Assembly (NCBI GenBank): GCA_963920595.1
Contig: OY986947.1
Coordinates: forward strand, 1,364,001 to 1,428,000
Origin: Eimeria praecox
Lineage: Eukaryota
Length of the DNA: 64,000 bases
Reading direction: 5' to 3'
The notes beneath the pieces were generated by a model. That model was not told where the DNA came from and did no database searches. It worked only from the letters and a program-made list of their open reading frames with translations. Positions 59,146 to 64,000 of this stretch are shown one piece after another. Within the stretch, counting starts at the first letter, position 1, and every line of letters begins with the position of its first letter. Position numbers and translations under genes: made by a program.

Positions 59146-60664
59146 TAGGGTTTAGGGTTTAGGGTTTAGGGTTTAGGGATTGGCAGCTGTGCAGGCTCTG
59201 CGTGAGTCCTGAGGGACCTGCAGCGGAGCAGCAGGCAGCCAAAACCCCCTCAAAACCCAAGGAAGGCGCAAGACCCTCTACCACTGCAGCTGGATAAACC
59301 CTAAACCCTAAACCCTAGACATATCCCACCCTCTTCGAAGATGATGCATGAACAAGAACAGGAGAAGCTGCTCGAGGAGGCGTCAGCGGTTGTAAGAGAA
59401 CAAGGCTGCTATATGAAACGCGCTATTGTAAGTATTTCTTTTGTGTAGACATACGGGTTTGTTGTTATGTATATCTTTATACTTTTCATACAAAACGTCC
59501 TGGAAATACACCGCATATATCTTCTGCAGTGTATGTACACCTGTGAAATACGCTCTCTATTTCCTACGAAACAAGCTGTACGTACACCTCAAACACAATC
59601 TATACATCTTTTGCTGCTGCGCAGGATAATGATAATCTTCGAGATGCTTTAAAACATGCTTCGAACTTTGTCAGCGAACTCAGGACGTCTCTCCTGTCCC
59701 CCAAACACTACTACGAGCTGTGTAAACCCTAAACCCTAAACCCTAAACCCTACTAAACCCTACAAAACCCTACAAAACCCTACAAAACCCTACAAAACCC
59801 TAAACCCTTACTTGATTTCCCTGCAGAAGCGATACATTCGAAACCCTAAACCCTCGTTTTCTATCTCTCCCCTAGCGTTTGAATCTAAACCCTAAACCCT
59901 CGTAAACCGCAACCCCCCCTCTAAACCCCTCACCTGTGCAGGACATTGTATGGTATATATGTTGTTATTTAGTGTTTGTTTTATCTATTCTTTTGTTGTT
60001 TATTTATTGTTAGATATGTTAGTCTTTCAAGAACTGCAGCATTTGTTAGGGTTTATAACACAACGAGGGCGTCATGGACGGCGTCTTTCAGATTTGTATG
60101 AGACAGTTCAACACGCAGGGAATATTATTCCTCGTTTATATTTATTAATTACTGTTGGTGTTGCTTATATTAAATCTAAAGAAACATTAGCAGCAGATAT
60201 TCTTAAAGATATGACTGAACTCGCTAAGGGAGTTCAACATCCTATGAGGGGCCTCTTCCTTCGATTCTATCTTATTCAACTATGCAGAGATGTACTCCCT
60301 GATAAAGGATCTGACTATGAAGTGTAAACCCTAAACCCTAAACCCTAAACCCTAAACCCTAAACCCTAAACCACAAAACACCCTAACCCTAAACCACAAA
60401 CCCTAGACAATAAACTTTAAACCCTAATACACAAACCCTAAATCACAAACCCTAAAACGGGAACCCTGAACTCGAAACCCTAAACCCTAAACCCTAAACC
60501 CTAAACCCTAGAAATATGGAAGGGGGGTTTCTTACACGGATCTGCTACTTGGTGATGTAATAGAGAGTTTTTTTTGCTTTTTTGAAGGGACTCGCTTCAG
60601 GTCTTCTTATTCTTCTTGTTATTGTTGCTGCTGCTGCTGTTGCTGCTGCTGCTGTTGCTGCTGT

Positions 60665-60699
<35 letters not shown>

Positions 60700-60956
60700 C
60701 AGGGAGGGGGTGTCGGGTTCTGAGGATGCATTTTTGTTTCTGTTGACGAACTTCAACGAAAGTTCTCGTCTTTGGGTTCGGCTGCAGCAGCAAAGTAGTG
60801 TAAGAGATAAATTAAAGAGAGAAAAAGAAAGAAAAGATCTAAGAGTATTAGTAGGATCTGCTCTTGTAAGGATGGCTCAGCTAGAGGGTATGACTGCTGA
60901 GTTCTATAGAAATCAAGCCCTACCCGCCATACTACAACAGGTAGGATATTGCTGCT

Positions 60957-60987
<31 letters not shown>

Positions 60988-61317
60988 TAGCAACAGCAGC
61001 AGCAGCAGCAGAAACTATACTGGCAGCAGCAGCACTGGCAGTACCTGCAGGGGTAACAGCAATAGTTGCGGCATGGGCTGCTGCTGCTGTCGTAGCAGCA
61101 GCAGCAACAGCAGCGGCAAGCGTAATTGTACCACCGGCAGCAGCAGCAGCAGCAGCAGGAGCAGCAGCAGCAGCAGCAGCAGGAGCATCTGTTGTTGCTG
61201 TTTGTTGATTTTCACAGCACTTTCGTAGATGCGTCTATTTCTTTCTTTGCCTTCATTTCCTCTTTCCACTGCTGCTGCTGCTGTTGCTCCTGCTGTTGCT
61301 GCTGCTGTTGCTGCTGC

Positions 61318-61358
<41 letters not shown>

Positions 61359-61593
61359 ATCTTGGGGTGTAAGGACATCTTAGCTCAGCAGTATTTGTTA
61401 GACTGCGTAGTACAAGTGTTTTCTGATGAATGCCATCTCCACACTTTAGATATTTTCCTTGAACAGACAACCCATGTACAGAAGGGAGGTAAGATCTCTA
61501 TTATATATTTAATTAATATTATAGTTAATATATATTTAATAAATGAATATATGAATATATATATCTATATATATCTATATATATCTATATCTA

Positions 61594-61648
<55 letters not shown>

Positions 61649-61734
61649 ATTGTATACAATCTAGAACGTGTATAATCCATATAATCTATAATATATATAT
61701 ATATATATATATATAGTGCATGCATAGTAACAAT

Positions 61735-61771
<37 letters not shown>

Positions 61772-61787
61772 AATATCTCTCTCTCTA

Positions 61788-61827
<40 letters not shown>

Positions 61828-62971
61828 CTGTTATGGTATACTTTCTTTTCCTTTCTATTATTATGTTTGATTATATTTTATTGGTTTCTGTTTTATTTTT
61901 ATTTTTATTATATTTCATAATATATATATATATAATAGATTTAATCTAATTAAATCTACTTAAATATAATTAAATTAAATATATTTTCTTCTATGTTGTG
62001 TTTCTGTTAGTTAGTTTGAAACCAATCTTAAGCAATTTGCTGAAGAGATTAACAAGTTTCTTGCAGGCTAACCCCGAGGCAGGTTCTCTACTTTGTTTGT
62101 TTTTAAAATAAATATAATTTATTATAATAAATATAATTTTATTAGAATAAATATAATTTATTACAATACATATAATCCATTATATATACAGGAATAGAAG
62201 ATATCTAATTTATTTATTCTAATAAATATATTATTAGAATAAATATAGTTTTTAATATTATAATAATAATATATAATAATATAAAATAATGCAATAACAT
62301 GCCGTTTGTGTAGTATTTTCTATACTTTGTTTGTTCTTAACTTAAATATAAATTATTATATAATAATAACATATTATAATTGATTATATCATCATAATAA
62401 AATGTATTATTATAATGTATTATAGTATTATAATTAATTATTTGCGTAGTAGTTTGTAGACTTTGTTTTTTACATAATATATTATACTTATAGTATAATA
62501 TATTATTTATATAGTGTTTTATAGCTATCTTTAGAGTGTTTTGTCTCTGTATGCACTTGCATATATATATATATATATATAATATTATTATAAACAATAA
62601 TAATAATATATTTTGTATTGTTTTGCTGTTATATTATGTAGGCTGTCCCCAAAGATATAAATTTATTTAATTTGTTTTCTTCTTTTATTAATAATCAAAT
62701 AGAAGAAACAATAAACGCGCATGCAAGAATAGCAAATGCTTCAGAAAGCCCAGCCGGAGGTAGAATAACCCTAAACCCTAAACCCTAAACCCTAAACCCT
62801 AAACCCTAAACCCTAATAGAGGGATAGGAGTGCGAGTGTATTGCACATGTTGTAGTCAAACCCTAAACCTTAAACCCTAAACTCTAGACCTTAAACCCTA
62901 AACCCTAAACCCTAAGCTCTAGACCTTAAACCCTAGACCCTAAACCCTAAACCCTAAACCCTAAACCCTAG
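59146..62971. repeat. Telomere-like arrays in the VPS35 5' region and introns
   Basis: TTTAGGG at 59146-59178; AAACCCT at 59295-59318, 59723-~59900, 60325-60511, 62767-62971. Confidence 0.95.
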
Positions 62972-63263
62972 ATTTTCTGTGTTTGTTTGTGTCTCAGAAA
63001 GTATAGACGTATCAAGTTTACTATCTCTACAGCAAGTATTCGAAGATTTTTGTCTGTCTCTCTTTCCTTCTCATATAGAATATATATCTGTTATATTTGA
63101 TGGCTGCTATCGTTTATTAACAGCAACATGCCAGCGACCTTCTGCTGCTGCTGCTGCTGCAGCAGCAGCAGCAGCAACAGCAGCGACAACAAGTGGAAGA
63201 TCGCCTACGAGTATTACAATGTTGCATAGTCCTTCATCTGCTGGCGGGGAGGGGACATACGGA

Positions 63264-63334
<71 letters not shown>

Positions 63335-63605
63335 CGCTAGCTGCATGCAGCTACAGACACTACCAGAAGCGGGGATGGAGGCACTGTCTAGCTTGTTAAC
63401 AAATCCTCTTAAGATTCTATCTTTACAAATTTTAAATATAAATAAATATATATCTCTTCTTGATTTTCTTGATATACCTGCAAGACGTTTAGGTAAAATA
63501 ATAAAAAAATAAATTAAATAAATTTAAATAAAAAAAAAACAAACATATTCATGCATGCATGCATACGTTTGTGGCGGTGCTGCTGTTGCTGCTGCTGCTG
63601 CTGCT

Positions 63606-63638
<33 letters not shown>

Positions 63639-63692
63639 TTGCATGCATCAGTTGTTGTCTTCTGATTTGGTATGTAGCTTGGGTGCTGCTGT

Positions 63693-63742
<50 letters not shown>

Positions 63743-63812
63743 TAATATCCTAGTTTCTTTGTGTGTATATCTCATATCTGAATCCTTACACTAAAACACA
63801 ATAATTTACTAA

Positions 63813-63885
<73 letters not shown>

Positions 63886-64000
63886 GTGTTTTTGTTTTTT
63901 TTATTTTATTAGCTTCTAATAATATGGTTGAGGCTTTGATAGCTGCTCGTATTCCGTTAAGTTGTTCTACAACATTTCGTCTTTTTCTAAATCTTGTGAA
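59341..64000 (+). CDS. VPS35: Vacuolar protein sorting-associated protein 35 (retromer), 5' part; continues beyond the window
   Basis: Exons 59341-59427, 59625-59721, 60014-60323, 60703-60940, 61359-61488, 62011-62078, 62642-62759, 62998-63492, 63913- give [97 protein letters not shown]. Confidence 0.97.

Noticed and set aside
58340..59162. Short ORFs upstream of VPS35
   Set aside because: No recognisable protein features; more likely promoter or 5' UTR.

Overview
Eukaryotic, intron-rich DNA from a coccidian apicomplexan, most likely an Eimeria species. The basis is (CAG)n arrays, interstitial AAACCCT telomere-like heptamers, TGCATGCA motifs and ApiAP2 genes. The window crosses from a repeat-poor segment (about 1-40 kb) into a repeat-rich one (about 41-64 kb). 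Genes recognised by hand-splicing: CFAP100/CCDC37-38-like flagellar coiled-coil protein (-), MYCBP/AMY-1-like protein (+), two convergent ApiAP2 transcription factors, RNA polymerase III subunit RPC4 (-), FACT subunit SSRP1/Pob3 (-) and retromer VPS35 (+, runs off the window). Unassigned genes include a head-to-head pair of paralogues sharing an unrecognised domain of about 190 aa, a secreted protein, and a very large repeat-laden protein with an LRR region and what looks like a BAH domain split by homopolymer inserts. The most unusual observations are simple repeats built into VPS35 splice signals, a GC-AG intron, a recurrent GGTGTAnnTACACC palindrome, and a short c-type-lysozyme-like frame of uncertain status. 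No CRISPR array, rRNA, tRNA or transposon ORF could be supported. All calls come from manual reading with no database searches, and some gene ends are approximate.
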